The notes below the pieces were generated by a model that was not told the DNA's origin, ran no database searches, and saw only the letters and a program-made list of their open reading frames with translations. This document shows, piece by piece, positions 62,574 through 64,000 of a DNA stretch of 64,000 nt. Positions within the stretch are counted from its first letter, which is position 1. Each line of letters starts with the position of its first letter. Origin of the DNA: Blastocystis sp. Blastoise. Lineage: Eukaryota > Protista > Bigyra: Opalinata. A program made the position numbers and the translations under genes. The stretch covers positions 1 to 64,000 of the forward strand of contig JBBPEB010000023.1 of assembly GCA_039096225.1 (NCBI GenBank), read 5' to 3'.

Positions 62574-64000
62574 TGATAAACATATTTTTGTGGAGGTGTG
62601 TCATCATCTAAGTTCTTAATTCTTAACGTACAATCCCAATGTCCCGTGGAAATAAGCATATTATTATTACTATCAACAGCAATTCTAGCTCTGACTGTAC
62701 TATTACTTGTCTATATATATTTATTTATATAATAAATAGAATAATAATAAATAGAATAATAATAATAAATAATAATAATAATAAATAAATATATAATAAT
62801 AATAATATAAATATAATAATAAATATAATAATAATAATAATAAATATAATAATAATAATATAATAAAAATACCTTTTCAACTTTAGAGTCTTTATGTCTG
62901 ACTACTCTACTCGTTAATGTGCTAGCAAGTGAATCAGCTTGAGGTAATACATTTCTACAAGGTTTATCTGAAGGAATAAGACTAAATGGCATTAATTTAT
63001 GACCAGGAATAGAAGGTTGATATTTCATTATAGAACACATACCATTATCATCAATAACTACTATATCTTTTTCATCATTTCTAAAAGATAAAGATAATAG
63101 TGTTCCTTCATGTAATGTTTCTAATGGTTGAGGATGTATTATTGTTCCAGGTAAAGATTTCAGACCTAACGCTTGAAGTGCGTCATTCTTATTATATCGT
63201 TTAGGATGAGGGACAGTAAATAATTGCGAAGGCGTCTGACCAAAGAAAGCGATTTGAGATTCAATTGAAGATCTTTCTAAAGGATCTGTGACTTGTGACA
63301 TATCCACCATACCTTCATAAGTAAGATAATAAAACACATTATGAGCTTTCTCTGCTTCTATTCCACGTTGTTTATAACCAAAGATAAGATCAATCCATTC
63401 ATGTAAATGTTCACTAACATAATCACTCTCTAAAGCTTCCATATTAATACGAATAAATTCTTCGGCATTCTTAGCCCAAGGGGGTAATATCACATCATCT
63501 AATTTCTTACCATCTTGACGAGTACCTATAGATATATATATATATATATATAGTAGATAATAAAAATTATTATATACTAAATATCATAAACAAAATAATA
63601 AACAAATAATAAACAAATAATAAAACAAAAAAAAATAAATAATAATAAATAATAAATAAATAAATAACAATATAATATAATATATATACCCATATCTAAG
63701 TGATTACTATTCTTTAAGAAATGAGGATTATAGAAGAATTCAGGTGTTAATTCTTTAAGATCCGAAGGACTTGTCATAATACCTTTCCAAGCACCTTCCA
63801 TAGAATAGAATAATCGATCTGCCCAATCAAAATGTCCTCCTTGTAATCTAGCATTTAATTCTGCAAAAGGTTCCGTACGAATTAAATAAAATAATACTGT
63901 ACCTACATTACTATAATGAGAACCATACATAAACTTGGGAATATCTGCGTCATCCATACTATTGTAACGGAACATAATCTTTTCTAAACGGTCTTCATTT
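61360..64000 (-). CDS. BEACH-WD40 protein, 3' part (5' end lies beyond the window)
   Basis: [67 protein letters not shown], then WD40 repeats. Confidence 0.95.

Overview
Very AT-rich, intron-dense eukaryotic DNA. Gene content (mitochondrion-type NFS1, PAM18 and SDH4; expanded TLDc and 'FTFQDETQLWIS' families) suggests a Blastocystis-like stramenopile; this is inference. Manual splicing gives 14 standard-code genes: two TLDc, one lineage-specific repeat protein, NFS1, PAM18, Rab8-like, a membrane protein, WDR61/SKI8, MAP2K, dynein intermediate chain, SDH4, SSXT-like, ELM2-PHD-C2H2 and a partial BEACH-WD40. Three unusual layers stand out. (1) Several multi-exon genes (1.3-2.0, 6.6-7.0, 8-16.4, 36.2-39.8 kb) keep clean GT/AG sites, and in the best-resolved cases one phase-consistent protein-like frame, yet carry many in-frame TAA/TAG/TGA. 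TGA falls at Trp-like positions, including WD40-like 'IxIW', and TAR at Gln-like positions. This points to gene-restricted stop-codon recoding or editing; unusual pseudogenes are the alternative. (2) Three consecutive genes each carry a U12-type AT-AC intron. (3) Several junctions only give the expected protein with non-canonical splice termini. Also present: an interstitial (CCCTAA)4 with an ~88-bp satellite, a Helitron-like palindromic insertion and an AGTCA-rich intergenic block. All exon models are manual and untested against RNA.
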